Source: Octopus bimaculoides
Lineage: Eukaryota
Assembly (NCBI RefSeq): GCF_001194135.2
Contig: NC_068987.1
Location: 73,061,888 to 73,120,828 of the forward strand
Direction of reading: 5' to 3'
Length of the DNA: 58,941 bases
The stretch's first letter is position 1. Every line of letters begins with the position of its first letter. This document shows positions 37,962-52,680 of this stretch, in pieces. Under the pieces are notes generated by a model. The model was not told the origin of the DNA. It saw only the letters and a program-made list of their open reading frames with translations, and did no database searches. The translations under genes and the position numbers were made by a program.

Positions 37962-38250
37962 ATCATCATCATCATTTAACGTCTGCTTTCCATGCTAGCA
38001 TGGGTTGGACGATTTGACTGAGGACTGGTGGAACCGGATGGCAACACCAGGCTCCAATCTTATTTGGCAGAGTTTCTACAGCTGGATGCCCTTCCTAACG
38101 CCAACCACTCAGAGAGTGTAGTGTGTGCTTTTACATGTCACCCGCACGAAGGCCAGTCAGGCGGTGCTGGCAACGGCCACGCTCAAAATGGTATATTTTA
38201 TGTGCCACCCACACAAGAGCCAGTCCAGGTCACTGGCAACATTGTTTAAA
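37962..38250 (-). mobile_element. Young RTE-type 3' end
   Basis: CATCATCATTTAACGTCTGCTTTCCATGCTAGCATGGGTTGGACGATTTGACTGAGGACTGG, near-identical reverse complement of 27606-27710. Confidence 0.85.
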
Positions 38251-38831
38251 ATGCTTTCTATATACATTATTCCTTCAACACATAAATAATTTTAATAATA
38301 TAGTCAAAATGGAAAGGCAAAGAGAAATGAACCAGTATTTTCTCATGGACAATTGTATATAGCTCTTAGTATAGCACATAAATGTGCAAAAACTCTCAAG
38401 GTAGGCAAGTGCATAACAAAGAATATAGTTTTCAAAGATGTTCATTCTAAGACTGCACCTTCAGTATAACTTAAATGGACTTTGAACTATCTCAAAAAAA
38501 TCAAAAGCTTTGGAAGAAATACAATCTCAAACTCTACCCTAGTTTTTATATGTACACAGTATACCTCCTGTTGTAACCTAAAAGGATTGGCATCAAGAAA
38601 AGTAGTGAGTTATAAAAAGTCTTGTCCAACCCATACTTGCATGAAAAAGCACACATGGAAACTATATTGGTGATTATGATGATGATCATGAAGACATCAA
38701 GAGGCAGATATGCTGAGTTCAATCTTGCTCAAGTCAATCTTTTTCAGACCAGTAAAAATGCTTACTAGTGCCCTGAATGATCCAACATAATTATTATTAT
38801 CGGCAAGCTAATAGTGATATATCATCTGTTT

Positions 38832-38990
38832 TTACATTCTGAGTTCAAATTCCGGCAAGTTCAATTTTGCCTTCCATCCTTTCAGGATCAATAAAATAAG
38901 TACCAGTGGAGCACTGAGGGGTGGTGGGGTGTCAATGTAATCAGCTGGCCCCCTCCCCCAAGAGTTTAGTTTCATAGCTTTCACCCACCA
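38832..38990 (+). mobile_element. SINE family A fragment
   Basis: TTCTGAGTTCAAATTCCGG...GCCTTCCATCCTTTCAGGATCAATAAAATAAGTACCAG. Confidence 0.75.
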
Positions 38991-39695
38991 GTCCCCAAAA
39001 TTGATAAAATAGGGATCAACCAGTGGAGACAAATCAGCAGGCAAAACTCTTCATCTTCACTTAGAATGTAACACATCACATCATCACTGTTACAGGAGCT
39101 ATGATTAATTCCTAAGTAACTGAACTCTCAGCAGGGACTACTTCACAGCAATTTATTATGCCTTATTCGATTTATCCCCCACAGCCATACCCCGAAATTG
39201 CTGGCCACATACCAAAATTTGAAACCATTATTATTATCATCATTTTTATTAATTGAAATAAAGTACACACACACACACACACACAAGCAGTGACTACGAC
39301 TAAGTGCCCAGTGAATATATGACAGTACTACTACTACAAACCAGGTGGATATATTTAGGTGTGAGCATATACTTTCGCATATATATATATACATTTGGAT
39401 ATGCACATACACACACACAGGAAGAGAAAAAGGACTGGCAGGAATGTGGAGAGGTGAAGCAGTGAAGTGAACTAGTTACCATAACTATTGAACAATAAAC
39501 AATGCTGCACACCAATTTGGTATTAATTTGAAATGTCAGAGTAATAAATTATGTGTTTAGCAGAGAACAACAACAACAAAAGGAACAGCTACTATAACAA
39601 AAAAAAGCAGCAGCAGCAACAACAATAAATTGGTGATGGGGCGGAATGGAATGAAACTATAATATAGTGAGTATTTGTAGTGAAGAAAACAAATG

Positions 39696-39729
<34 letters not shown>

Positions 39730-40237
39730 AGAAAATGTGGAGGAGAGAAGCTTAAGTGACAAATGAAAAGGTAGAATAGAGTGGTTTAATGAAGTAACAG
39801 TGAGAGAAATTAGTTTAAAAATATAGAGGCAGGATTGCAAGTGTTTTTTAAAAAATTCACAGAAACAATAACAGATTTATAACAAGTGCAAGACCAGATG
39901 TTTTCTCAGAGATAGAGATAGACAGAAGAACAGAGATAGTGAGAAAGAGGAGAGGGGGGTGCAAATGACACCAGTCTAATACTGGTATCAATTTAATTTA
40001 TTTTAATCTATTTCAAATAGATAAAATTGAAGTCAGCATCAACAAAATTTGAACTCAGAATGTAAAAGGATGAAGGTATTTTGGCCACCATTGTACCATA
40101 AAAATAGAATTTCAAGATACTCCCAGTAATTCTCTGGTACTTTATTATCAATCTTGGAAGGTTAACAAATTCTACTTCAACTAATTCTATCAAATTCTAA
40201 TAAGAAGAATTATATTTTTTTTCTTTTCTTACATTGA

Positions 40238-40485
40238 CACATATGGCCAAATGGTTAGGGTGTTGTACTCACGATCATGAGACTGTGGCTTCAATTCTCA
40301 GATCAGGTGGTACATTATGTTCTTGGACAAAATACTCCATTTCACCTTGTTCACTCAGCTATGAGTACCAGCATGAGCTGGGAAGTTAACTCAGCAACAG
40401 GGAAGCGGGGGAGCAGTTTTGTAATCTGAGTCACCTGTAAATCATGGAAGCAAGGTTAGACTCCAGCCTTATGAGTTCTTTGGCT
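40238..40485 (+). mobile_element. SINE family D
   Basis: ATATGGCCAAATGGTTAGGGTGTTGTACTCACGATC head; similar to 18478-18720. Confidence 0.6.
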
Positions 40486-40839
40486 CATCACAGATTTAAA
40501 TCTAGATAATATTGACACAAAGCTACAAATTTGTTGAAGGGGAAGTGTAGTTGATTTACTTACACTCTAGAATATTACGGTTACTTTTTTGCGTCAATCC
40601 CAACAAGATTTTGGATTCAGAGACTGAACAGACAGCTGCATAAATATATACATAAAACTAGTATTAAAACCGTTTTAAAATCAAGACGGCGAGCGGGGGG
40701 GGGGGGGCATGCACTGCATTCTGCTGCAAAGGAATACACATGTAATGGTGATGTGCATTAAAAATACTCAGGTTTTCTAAATGTCCGGGCATTTTCTGAC
40801 TTGCCTCAAGACTTGCGGCACAACCACTGTATTGTGGGA

Positions 40840-41310
40840 CACAAGTGTGTCATGATATAGCAGCAGATGAAAACATCTACACTAGAGGCTAAGCTCCTAA
40901 CAATTTAAGAGATACTAAGGTACACAGAACACTCTACAATGGCAAGATAATAAAGCAGGAACCCATATGAAAGAATAGTCAGTAGAACCATATCCTAGAA
41001 GCTGAAATTAGTTCAGGGCATGTGCCCATTATGCAATAAAAAGGAATATCCAGAATAGATCTAAAACATTATAAAATAAAAAATAAAAGATAGTATAGGG
41101 TCACAGTGTGATGACTGAGCTGGAAAAGGTGGAAGGATTTTCATGACATGGGACAGACTCAGTTGGAGAAGAATGGCTGCAGCCTTTTGTCCCACCAAGG
41201 ACAAAGAAGATTAATAATAAATAGTAAAATTGCATTGCTGATGCCTTCCCTGACAATATGAAAGATGTAAATAAACTGAGCGTCAAAACTGAACAGAGGC
41301 TTCTACTTCC
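40840..41310 (+). pseudogene. Heavily decayed RTE-like LINE C-terminal fragment
   Basis: Frameshifted pieces LEAKLLTI and HILEAEISSGH loosely resemble RTE/BovB C-terminal motifs. Confidence 0.3.
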
Positions 41311-43208
41311 TGAAAACTTACATTTTTAACAACTTGAATTGTTGCTGTGGTGGCAGTTTAGTTGAAGACCAATGTGGCATAATGAATGAAGAAAACAGCA
41401 TCAGTGTGGAAAAAGAAATAACAAACCCAGTAAACTTGTCTCATAGTAATAAAATAAAATAAAAAATGCATGCAAAAACAGAAAATGCACACTTAAAGTC
41501 ATTTAATTTCTTTCCATTGATGAGAAGTTGATGAAGTGAGATGCTGGTGAAGTCAAAGGGATGTTGGAGCCACAGTGTATACATTTCAAAATTTACATCA
41601 ATCTAAGGCAGACACATCAAATCTGAACACTGAAGTCAGTTTGCACAAATTCCCAGTTTAATTGTTACACCAGCATTTACTAAGTTAATGTACAAGGAAT
41701 AATATAAGTAGCCCACATAACAGACAAAACATGCAACTATCTCATTTGTAGGTAGCTGGTTGAATCTATCACCGTCATGCCATCATCATTTTTACATCTG
41801 TTTTCTCCATGTTGGGATAGATGGGACATCATCATCTTGCCATTCATGGCATCTTGATACACAAAATAGCAAAGAGTATTGGCAATCTCTGTAAGCTCTA
41901 TTTTTGGCATGATTCTTATAGTTGGATGCCCTTCCTAATGCCAATCACTTTATGGCCTAAACTGAGTGCATTTTGTCATGCAGAAAGAGAGGGGAGGAAA
42001 GGAGGGAGGTATGCAACAGTCAGTAAAACAAATAAATAGGTGGCTGGACAGAAACGATAAAAAATAAGACAGAAGATAAGATATTTAATCAAAAACATGA
42101 AAAGCTAATATTTATATAGCCCAAACCACATTTTACAACAATACTACATAATTTAGTAGTGAATACAATTGAAAACAAAGAACTGAAACACAAAAGCTGG
42201 ACTAACAAGTTGTATACTAATATGATGGTTTTAGAAGTTGACTATGAAAAGGGAAACATTCTTAACCTAAACTACAGTCCTGAATATTTCTGCTATAAAC
42301 AGGTGATAAAAGAAAATAGGATATTGATCTTACAGGAAGCTAGCTAAGTCTGATGAGAAACAATAAAAATATGCACAAAGTGGGAAATAAAGTTTAAAAG
42401 AAACAATTATTAAAAAAAAAATGAAAGAAATTATTACTAATCAAGTAATAGGGTTGATACAATCAACTAATTCACCTACACAAAAATGTGACCTTGTGTC
42501 TGTTATAAATAATTATTATTATAGTAGTTGAAAGAAGTACTAGTCAAGTATATTGACCACAAGGTCAGGAATTTAGTTCTTACTACAATCATTGTAAATG
42601 TATCCTTTAGATGTCTGCCAATGAATTGTAGTGTGTCTAACTATGAGGAATTAGGTATGCTCACAGAGATGAACACCAAAAAGTAACTGCTAATGTGTGA
42701 ATTAGTTCAGGGACACACACAAATACTAAATGGAAACAAACAGTCAATCACACCACAAGATCTAACAGTCTCCTGAACAGTTGCTCAACCTGTTAGAAAT
42801 AGCAACCAAACTTTGCTTCAAATCACGTCATACTGTCATAAGAATGCATTAGATGTGAGAGAGAAAAAAAACATATCTGGCATGCAAGTCATATGGATAA
42901 ACTAAACATTTGATCAGCTAATCCCACCCCACCTTTTTCTTTTTTTTTTAACTCAAGAGTGACAATAGCCTCTGCAGGTTCTCAGAGACTGGTGAGATCC
43001 AAATAGTTCATGATCAGTTTGTATTTCCATTAGATGATACAGGAAAGGAGGGATTTCCAGAAAGTAGAATGACTGAGGGAAGACAAATTAAGAGAAAACT
43101 GTACTGAATTCATAGGGATAGTAAATAAACAGGCATATGTTACTTAGCACCAAATAAGTAACAACTGAGCAATCAAAGATGCTCCAGCTATGACTATGCT
43201 ATACTTAA

Positions 43209-43413
43209 CCTTTTAGTCTTCAGATTATTGTCAAATGTAATGTTTTTTCATTCACATTGCTTTGAATTAATCATGCTTCAAGATTTCAATGATGTGATCG
43301 TTTATTTCCAGATTGACATTATAGAGTAAGCATAAGAGGCCAGATTTGGCTGGTTTGAATATAAAACAGGTAGAATATTCTAGCCGGATATGGCCGGTTT
43401 AAATGCTAACGAG
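43209..43413. mobile_element. piggyBac-type MITE, copy 6 (reverse orientation)
   Basis: TTAA at 43205-43208, CTAA at 43414-43417; body matches family. Confidence 0.8.
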
Positions 43414-43719
43414 CTAAGCAGTATCTCTAAGATTACATTACTGAATGTGTTCTACATCTTTTTAAAGATAATAATACATGATTTGAAGGAGATATGGCTA
43501 TTTTCTAACGGGTTGAGAAATCATGTCGATGCAGCACTTTTCCTTCTTTCTTTCTTTATTTTTTTTACTAGCTAAGTCTGAAAGATGAGGCAGAGTACAT
43601 GGTCTTCATAGACCCTTCAAGATTGGTGAGGTTAAAACTTAACATTCTGCTTAATCCTTTTAGTGCTAACAATCTTTTTGACTACATAGCAAAAAGCACA
43701 ATGGTACATGTCAAAAACA

Positions 43720-43911
43720 ATACTCTTTTCCTCATATCAGTCATTCGACTGCAGCCATGCTCAAGTAGCGTTTTGAAAGGTTTTTAGTCAAAATTGATTC
43801 CAGGACTTCTTTTTTAAGCCTAATACTTATTCTGTCTCTTTTGCTGAACTGATAAGTTATGGGGGCATAAACATACTGACACCAGTTGTCATGTAGTGAA
43901 AGACACCCAAA

Positions 43912-43961
<50 letters not shown>

Positions 43962-44120
43962 CATGATGGACTTCTTTCAGTATCTATCTACCAAATCCAC
44001 TCACAAAGCTTTGGTTGGCCCAAGGCTATAGTAGAAGACACTTGCCCAAGGTACCACACAGTGGGACTGAACCTGGAAATGTGGTTGGGAAGCAAGCTTC
44101 TTACCACACAGCCATGCCTG
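43720..44120 (-). mobile_element. SINE family C, full length with central (GT)n
   Basis: Tail CAGTCATTCGACTGCAGCCATGCT, (GT)n 43915-43958, head CTTCTTACCACACAGCCATGCCTG. Confidence 0.8.
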
Positions 44121-44180
44121 GTACATATATTATCATTGTTTTAACAGTATATATACCTGAGAGTGCTGTAAGGGTTAAAC

Positions 44181-44416
44181 CAGTGGTTCTCAACCATTTT
44201 TTGCCTATGGACCCCTCCGATTCCTGTTTTACTTAGGTGGATCCTCATAGCCATTCAATGTTTAAAAACATCCTATTATATTTTTATACTTAGATATTAT
44301 ATGGAAGTGTATTAAAAAAAATTGTTAAAATATTTTGTGTAGTGATGAAATATAACCAGCTTATTACACAAATTTTAACAACAAAATCTTATATGGACCC
44401 CAGTTGAGGAACAATG
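44181..44416. mobile_element. hAT-type MITE, family 1
   Basis: CAGTGGTTCTCAACC / CAGTTGAGGAACAATG; TSD GGTTAAAC/GCTTAAAC. Confidence 0.8.
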
Positions 44417-44429
44417 GCTTAAACTGTTG

Positions 44430-44638
44430 CAAATTCATGAACACAGGAGGTAATTCCAGATGGTCAACATCCTGAAGAAAGGTTTGATGTAGTGCTTAGT
44501 GTAGGGCCTAGAAAATGGGAATTGATCATAAAATGGGTGGTGCAGAAAACAGACAAGTGAATCAAGAGTGTCCAAGTGGCAGTGGCACAAAGCCAGCCAG
44601 CACCGATGAATAGAGGCCATCTCAGTAGTGAAAGGAAA

Positions 44639-44731
<93 letters not shown>

Positions 44732-44886
44732 NNNNNNNNNNNNNNNNNNNNNNNNNNNNNNNNNNNNNNNNNNNNNNNNNNNNNNNNNNNNNNNNNNNNN
44801 NNNNNNNNNNNNNNNNNNNNNNNNNNNNNNNNNNNNNNNNNNNNNNNGAGAGAGAGAGAGAGAAAGAGTGAGAGAGAAAGAGAGAA

Positions 44887-44950
<64 letters not shown>

Positions 44951-45810
44951 CAGCATGTCTATTCCAATAAGTGGAATGGCTTTTCTATGGATGCAGCTAC
45001 AATGTCTGGGCATGGAGCAGCAACAGTACTATCCAGATGTGGGTACAATACTCCAGAGTGACTTTCACTGAATTTTGTAGAGGATCAGAAATTACTGGTT
45101 TCAAATTTTAGCATAAGCCCAGCAATTTCAAGGGATGGAGGTAAGTCAATTACATTGACTCCAATGCTTGACTGGTACTTATTTTATCAACCCTGAAAGG
45201 ATGAAAGAAAGTCAACCTTGGCAGAATTTGAACTCAGAACATAAAGACAGACAAAATGTTGTTAAGCATTTTGCCTGCTGTCCTAACAATTCTGCCAGCT
45301 CATTGGTTTAAGTAGTTACTGGCAGCTGAAGTATTTTCTAGTTCTGAAGAGAAGCATCATTCATTGAGAAGCAGTCCTGTTATGTTAACGATGTACATTT
45401 GTCATGGGATACTCTCAGTGAAAATAAGGTCTAGCATTTGGAGGGATTGTGAGGGTTCTACTTACATGCTGCTTGTGATGCATTATGATGTTTTCTTGCT
45501 GTTAAAAGTGACACAATTCTCATGACTCCATTAAAAGATACTTTCAAGATTTGTAATCATTAAATCAGTGCATGAAGTGTCTTGATCAAATATGGATAAC
45601 ACTCGGGTGGAGAAAGTTAGGAAAGAATAAAAGTTGTTATCATCTGAGTAAGAAGGAATGCTGTTGAATAAGGCTACACCAAAGTTGGTAGAATGTGGGA
45701 TGGAGAGAGCTCTGTCAGTATAGAATGGTGTAATGTGATCTTAAAGAAAGTTGCCAATCCAGGAAATGTGAGATAAATAAAGCCCCAGACAACTAGTTCA
45801 GGTCAAGGAA
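44430..45810 (-). pseudogene. CR1/L2-group LINE reverse-transcriptase 3' fragment, split by a SINE (45090-45305) and (GA)n (44641-44950)
   Basis: Minus-strand pieces SWIGNFL, IPSYSDDNNF (YADD-like), LESIF*WSHENCVTFNSKKT, RKYFSCQ*LL, TLEYCTHIW, IHRKAIPLIG, TKHYIKPFFRMLTIWNYL. Confidence 0.75.
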
Positions 45811-45889
45811 TTATTGTAGTAGTAGAAACAGTGAAAATAATGTACAAGTACATAAGTGTTCTATGTGATTCTAGAGAGTGTCTTCGTGA

Positions 45890-46295
45890 CCATCATCAGT
45901 TTAACGTCCACTTTTCCACGATTATATGGGTCAGACAGTGGGGTTTATTGAGGCCAATTTTCTGTGGCTGGATGCCCTTCCTGTTACCAACCCTCACCTG
46001 TTTTCAAGTAGAGTAATATATCCTGGTGGTCAGATGTTCTCAAAGAATATTGGAAATGAACAACACTGCTTGTATGACAGTGATACTCATTTACAACTAT
46101 TACACAATATCAAGACAAAGAGACCCAAAACCACACACAACAGGCTTCTTTCAGTTTCCATCTACCCAATCCACTCACAAGGCTTTGGTTGGCTTGAGGC
46201 GTTAAGTAGAAGACACTTGCCCAAGGTTCCACACAGTGGGACTGAACCCTGAACTCTGCAATCACAACGCAACTTCTTACCACACAGTCATGCCC
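45890..46295 (-). mobile_element. RTE-type tail joined to a SINE family C head
   Basis: CATCATCAGTTTAACGTCCACTTTTCCA...AACCCTCACCTGTTT then CTTCTTTCAGTTTCCATCTACC...GTGGGACTGAACC. Confidence 0.7.
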
Positions 46296-49264
46296 GAAAC
46301 TAAAAATGTGACAATCAGATGGATGGGGTTTTTTTTTTCTTTCTCTCTTTTTTTCGTTTTGGTATACGCGGTTTGGTTAAATGGAACTGAACAAGAATAT
46401 TGAAAAAGAATAACATTATAATCAACAGGAAAATATAAACTTCATAAAATGTTGTTTTGATGTCAACATGGAAAACAAAAACAATTACGCAATGACTGAG
46501 TACCAAAACTTTCAGTGATATCACGTACATGCAAAGCACTTCTCTCCCACGACAACCCCACCACACACACACACAAATGCCTACATAATTTTTAACCTCT
46601 CTTGGAACATGATAATCTACTACGCAAAATATTATTTTAGTGACAATAGCAAAACAAGAACATAACACCACTGCCATGACAACAACACGAATGCCACCAC
46701 CAATACCATCACCAACACCAATATCATCACTACCACCAGTGCCATTGCATCAACAACACCATCATGCCACAAAAAAAAAAAACATTAATACCACCTCACT
46801 ACAACAACACAGTACTAATATCACCACAACATCAGTAACACTAATTTCACTCCAGCACTACACACACTACTGTCACTTCCTCACTGACACCGGCATCATC
46901 ACCACGATCACTGCCATGACCATCCTGGAAAAATAACAGGAGTGGCAGGTGCATAAAACTGCAACACTGACCAACCTTGACCCAAGAGTGTCAAGGCTGT
47001 CTATCAGGTGATTTGGCCATTGTTCCAGAAAATTTTTTTTTAAATAAAAACCTAAAACATAAGTACAACAGCAGCAACAACAACAACTGTGTTAGTCATT
47101 TCCTCCCCTTCTCTGCCCTGCTACATCCTGTGACAAACAATATTTAGTTATTTCTGAAGGCTATCTTGGTTTTTGACTTCTTTTGGTGTGTGGATATATA
47201 TTTGTGTGTTTGAACATGCATGTGAGAAAAAATAAATGTGAGGGGGGGGGAGAGGATGTGTGTATATACACGTGAGAAATAAATACGTATATATAAAAAT
47301 ATGTGTATATCAATTTGTGAGTGGATGTGAGTTAATGCAAAAGAGGTGTGCTAGTGTGTGCTTGTGATACAGTGAGCGTGCACCAGGATAAGACTGTAAG
47401 AGAGTAAGTATCAGTCTGCCTATGAGAGAAAGGTGGGGAGGGAGAGAAAGAAAGTGAGAGTGAAAAAGTGTGTGTGTGTGATAGAAATAAATTAATGACT
47501 GAATATTGTTTAGAAATGTCTAGTACATAAAAGGTAGCAGGAAAAGAGTACCACTGAGAGAAAGTTAAAAATGGTGTTGGTTAAATCTCAAATCAATAAG
47601 CACTTGTGAGTCACCAACATGAGTTAGTAATCCATAGTAATGAGATGTAGCATAGTTATATGTTGGTCCACTTAGTATGTCATGTGACTAAGTCTTACCA
47701 AACATCTATGTTGAATCACCATACTATCATTATATAAATATAGTTATACAGTGTAGTTAGGTTGACTTGGTATGTCATGTGGGTCAGAATGTAAGCAGGG
47801 TTAAATTGCACAGTCATACTATCACATTATCAATTAAGTCCTATCACACAATACACAAATACACACACACGCATGCATGCACACACATACATATACTAAT
47901 TTATACACAAATTAATATCATTGGTTCTTTGTGTATGTCATACTGTTGTGATTGTTTGGAATTTCAGAATTGGATATTCCAAGTGCAACTGGATATTTTA
48001 ACCACAACGGATCAAGGGAACACTTTTGTGGTATTATGTTAGGAAGATCAAATGTTTATCATAATTTCTCCCATATTTGCTGTGTACCATAACCAGTAAT
48101 ACTATAAAGTATAGTAGTAACCAAACTACTATACTGGAAGCAGACTGGACAATGATATTCTTCTATGTGGAGGTCTAAACTCAAGTTAGTAATTGTACAT
48201 CTAACTGTACACAATACACACACACACACAAAGTTCATTCTCTGTCTCCGATAATAATACTGCAATAGTTTTGCCACTTAAACAGAATATGAAGTTAGTA
48301 GCTACAGACTAACGGCTCCTTCAGTGTCAGTTGATATCGTTATAAATAGACCAAGAACTGGCTATCTCCAGTTTTCTCTGCCCACATCAAAGTAGAAGCT
48401 GTCTCCAGACATCTCTAGAGTAGACTATAGGTGTATCAACATTGAGACCTCTACAGATGTCTTCAATGTTGTTCATGTATAAACACTAACAATCAATATA
48501 CAGTCAGTAACAGATTAAAGTAACCTTTGTATAGGTAGCAACAGCTGTTCTAAATGAATTAAATGTCTTATTAAATAATGTCTGTTGCTTACCAATAATG
48601 TTGAGTGCCATGTTACAAATGAAGCAGAATATTAATTAGGTGCAGAACGTGTTACCATGGCATAGATAACTTTTTTTTCGAGTATATCAAACTTAAAAAC
48701 AGGTAAACATTAAGTTTAGCTCATATACCAGAAACAAACCTTATATAAGTGCAAAGACAGGTTTTTGAAGAAAGTGTCAGGAATTTTCATAAGGTCAAGA
48801 ACATGAGATGAAGTAACTATAACTGGGAAATAAAGCCCAGAAGTAAAACTGGTTAATATACAGCTAGCTAGGAATTCACCCTTCTTTTCCTTTTTAAGGT
48901 ATTAACAGATACTAGATATAAGCCAAGCTGGTAAGATAGAACCAACCAACACAACATCACATAGTTTTAACATTAGAAGATGATAATCACTTCATTTCCA
49001 TTCTCCATAAGAGAAGTGTAGAGTAAAAGGTAAGTAATTCTAAATTGCCATAATTTCCTCTTGTCTTCATCACGCAAGCATGGAAGAACAGAAGTTAAAT
49101 GAAACAAACACATTTACAAAGCTTCAAACACTAACCTTCAGACCCTAGTGAATGTGTAAGTTCATTATCTTAACAAGCCTTTCAATAGAGTAGGAGAGAG
49201 AAAATGGTCAACACAGGATAAAGTATTAGACTGTCTGTACATGGACTGCAATAAATCTGTGTAC

Positions 49265-49620
49265 TGAAGGCCAATCTCAAAATGCTGAACCTTACAAAGG
49301 AGATGACAAAGGACCAAGATACGTAGTGCATTGCTGTACTTGAGAAGACCCTCCCACCACAACAGGACTGAGATCCTAAAACCAAAGTGTCATGTAAAAA
49401 GCATTGGTGTGGATGCTAGTTAAAAAGTACTGGTGATGGTGCCACAGAAAAGCACCCAGTACACTCTGTGGAGTGGTTGTCAATATGAAGAGCATCCAAC
49501 CATAGAAACCAAGTCAAAACAGACTATGGAACCTGGTGCAGCCCCCTGACCTTACCAGTTCCTGTGTTGCCATCCAACCTATGCAAATATGGAGAACGGA
49601 CATTAAATGTTGATGATGAA
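49265..49620 (+). mobile_element. 5'-truncated RTE LINE 3' end
   Basis: KANLKMLNLTKEMTKDQDT*CIAVLEKT, then UTR and TTAAATGTTGATGATG tail. Confidence 0.75.
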
Positions 49621-52600
49621 ATAGAACACTGTTCTCTATATTGCCTTAGTAATGATACTTGTGCTAGACTGGTGTCCTACTCAGAGAAAGGTTTAGCTTA
49701 TCTGCATTTTAACATAAAAGCTAAGAACTATAGCAAGGGATGGGAGAAGAGATTACATGCTAATGGCCCAACAAACAGCAACAGATAGTTGTGTTCTTTT
49801 CTGTTATAGACATGTAGGGTAATTGGACAAGTGCTGAGTGAAAAAGTACCATGGTGGACTGGAAATGGATGGAACTTGTGGCCAAGGAAAGAAAACATAG
49901 GTGATGAGGTCGGCTTTCAGTATATTGGGCCTACAGACAAAATTACAAAGAATTAAGAGAAGCAATAATATGCTGTAAAGATTATCCAATCCAAACAGTA
50001 TAGAAAAAAAAAACACATTTATTAAGTTAAAGCATCAAAAGATAATAGCAAGTCGAAATTATAAACACACACAGTGAGAAAGTTTCTACAAAGACCTATC
50101 TTCTCAATTAGCAGAAAAAGTATTTCCCACAACAAATCTTCCAAATATTTTGAAGGGGATTTGGTGTCAAAAGCTTGAAAGAGCAAACTATTTAAATCAG
50201 GATCTTCCATGAAGTCACTAACTCAAAAGACACACTACTTGAAGTCTCCTAACTTGGAGAGGTGCAACACAAGATTTCAGTTCATCTTTCATCAGAAACA
50301 AAATAAAGTAATATTTTCTAATCATAAAATACACTAATTTGCAGCTAACATTTCCTCTTATCATATAGGATATGTTAAAAACTTGCATCATGTCAAAGTC
50401 ATAGATTTAACAAGGTAGTTATCTAATTAATCGGCACTTAATCCTCACCACAAATGTACAGAAGATTAAAGTTTTTAATGCTAAATTGATATAACACATT
50501 TTAATAAACACATGAAAACGTTAAAAATTGAGAAAAAACAACATACAACAAAATATATGGAAAGAAAATCCATGAACTTACTGAAAAAAAAAGCTATTGA
50601 AAGCAGTAAAAGGAAAGGAAAAAATTAATAAAAAAGAAGTTCACAATGATATGAATAAACATATGTACATGTCTGCCTGCACGTACGCAAAGTAGATTGA
50701 CACATTTGCCAAAGTTAATATTCAAATTCATTTGGGTTGAATTTGAATTTAAAAACAGATTGAGTGAATGGAAAGGTGGAATGAGATCAGTTTTTTTTCT
50801 CTGACTATTATTAGATGAGGTGTGAGCCAGAAGAAGAAATGCTCACCATACAATTAGAGAGTGAGGGCGAGTTTGATCACAGGCAGTTAAAGTTGCCGAT
50901 GAATAGCTAAGTAGTAATTAACCACCATCACAAAATCCTAACTACAACTACAAGCAGCTGAAAAGAAACCTACAGCCATATCACATTAGGTGTAAAGAGA
51001 GATATTAGCAGGTTAATAAGGACCAACTAACTCAACTTAGGTGAGTCAAACTAACATACTAAACTACAACACTAAAAACATTTTTAAATAGTAGCTGTGA
51101 CGGTTATAATTCTGTCAGATTTCACAAGGTTAATATACTACTGCTTGTCTGTTTCTCTTTTCTCAGAATCTATTTCAAATAGCCATGCTGACAGTAATAA
51201 TGACATTAAATAAATACCAAAGTGAAGATGTGAATGTGTGAAGCATAGGATTCATAAAACAATGCTTAAATATGAACATCTAAGTCAGAAGAAATAATTT
51301 CAAGCTGGTACATAATTGATTACTGAAAGCTATTGAAAGGACCAGGTACACTGAAAACTTGATAAAAGTTGAAGTAGCTGTGAAAGCAGAACGGGAAGCA
51401 AGTTGAAAAGTAGTTGGAAAGGGATAGAGTTGTTAATTAGAGTATTATGCTTGTTGTAGGAGGAATGTTGTGAGATGTGGAGTTAAGTGATAACTTACAT
51501 TTGACAGAGCCATATAGTTGAGTTCACCCAAAGAGACAGTCATATTGTGAAATGATAATCTTCATCTAACATTCAAGCTTGATTTTGAGTGACACATAAC
51601 TTATTACTAATGCAAAGCAAGTGCTATTAGTATTTTTTTTTTTTAACTAGATGTCCTTCCAAGTTTAACAAACATCATTTTAAGGCCTATTTTCCTCATG
51701 CTGGTAATGCTTCAACAAATCTACAGTAGGACATCACAACTCAACATCATCTGTGAGATCTTATTGTTGAAACTCAGCATTCTGAGACCTGATCCCTTTA
51801 CAGGTTTTCCTTGGTCTTTCACTGCCACAGATACTTCCACTGTGAGCATGTGGCATCTGTACACCCAGATGAACCACCATCAAACAGACTATGTTTTGGC
51901 ACTTTGTCACTGAGGCATATCACTCAGGCTAAAAAGCACCCAATTGTTCTGATATTAACTTAAAATAAGGAATCATCATCATCGTTTAATGTCCACCTTC
52001 CATGCTGGCATGGGTTGGATGGTCTGACAGGAGCTGGTCAGGCAGAAACCTGCACCATCTGTGTGTGTTTTGGCACAGTTTCTAGAGCTGGATGCCCTTC
52101 CTAAAGCCAACCACCCAGCAATTAAAGATTAAAAAATGCCCAGTTGTTCTGATATTACCTTAGAATATGGGAAGAGCTAAGCTACAAACAAACCAAATAT
52201 ATTCTTACTGATACTTCTACAACTGTTTGATGTAAAGATAGTTAAAGAAGAGGTATGTCAACAGGGCATGTTTTGCAGAGTAAAGGAGATTTGAGAACAG
52301 AATGAAGAAAACCACACATAAAAGTTACAAAATCATACTAATTCAATAACCCAGACATTCCAAACCAAAGTACAATATCCGACATTTATTGCTAGTGTTA
52401 TTGAGAGAGAAAGAAGTGTATGGCTAACAAAAACAAATCAAATCCTGACTGACATTTGAAACAAAACAGCATCAAAGAAACACTTCAGCCTCATATGAAA
52501 CACTTGTGTTAGAAAGTGTACAATTGAAGTAATGCAAACATGGAGTAAGTATTAATAAACAGACAATAATTTAAAGCTAATAAATGTTCAACTAAGGAAA

Positions 52601-52680
52601 TATCTTATTAGTTTGCTGATTTTGCCCAAACAGTGGGGTAAGGCTGTGTAGATAATGCTTACAAAATGGAATAAATTAGT

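Noticed and set aside
46640-46936. Thr/Pro/His-rich ORF
   Set aside because: Low-complexity CAC/AAC tract with no splice or homology support.
48593-48691. Possible start-codon exon (AACATGGCA, MALNII, TTG|GTAAGC)
   Set aside because: Weak acceptor and nothing linking it to other exons.
50022-50210. Protein-like ORF MEDPDLNSLLFQAFDTK
   Set aside because: No convincing donor site and no recognisable family.
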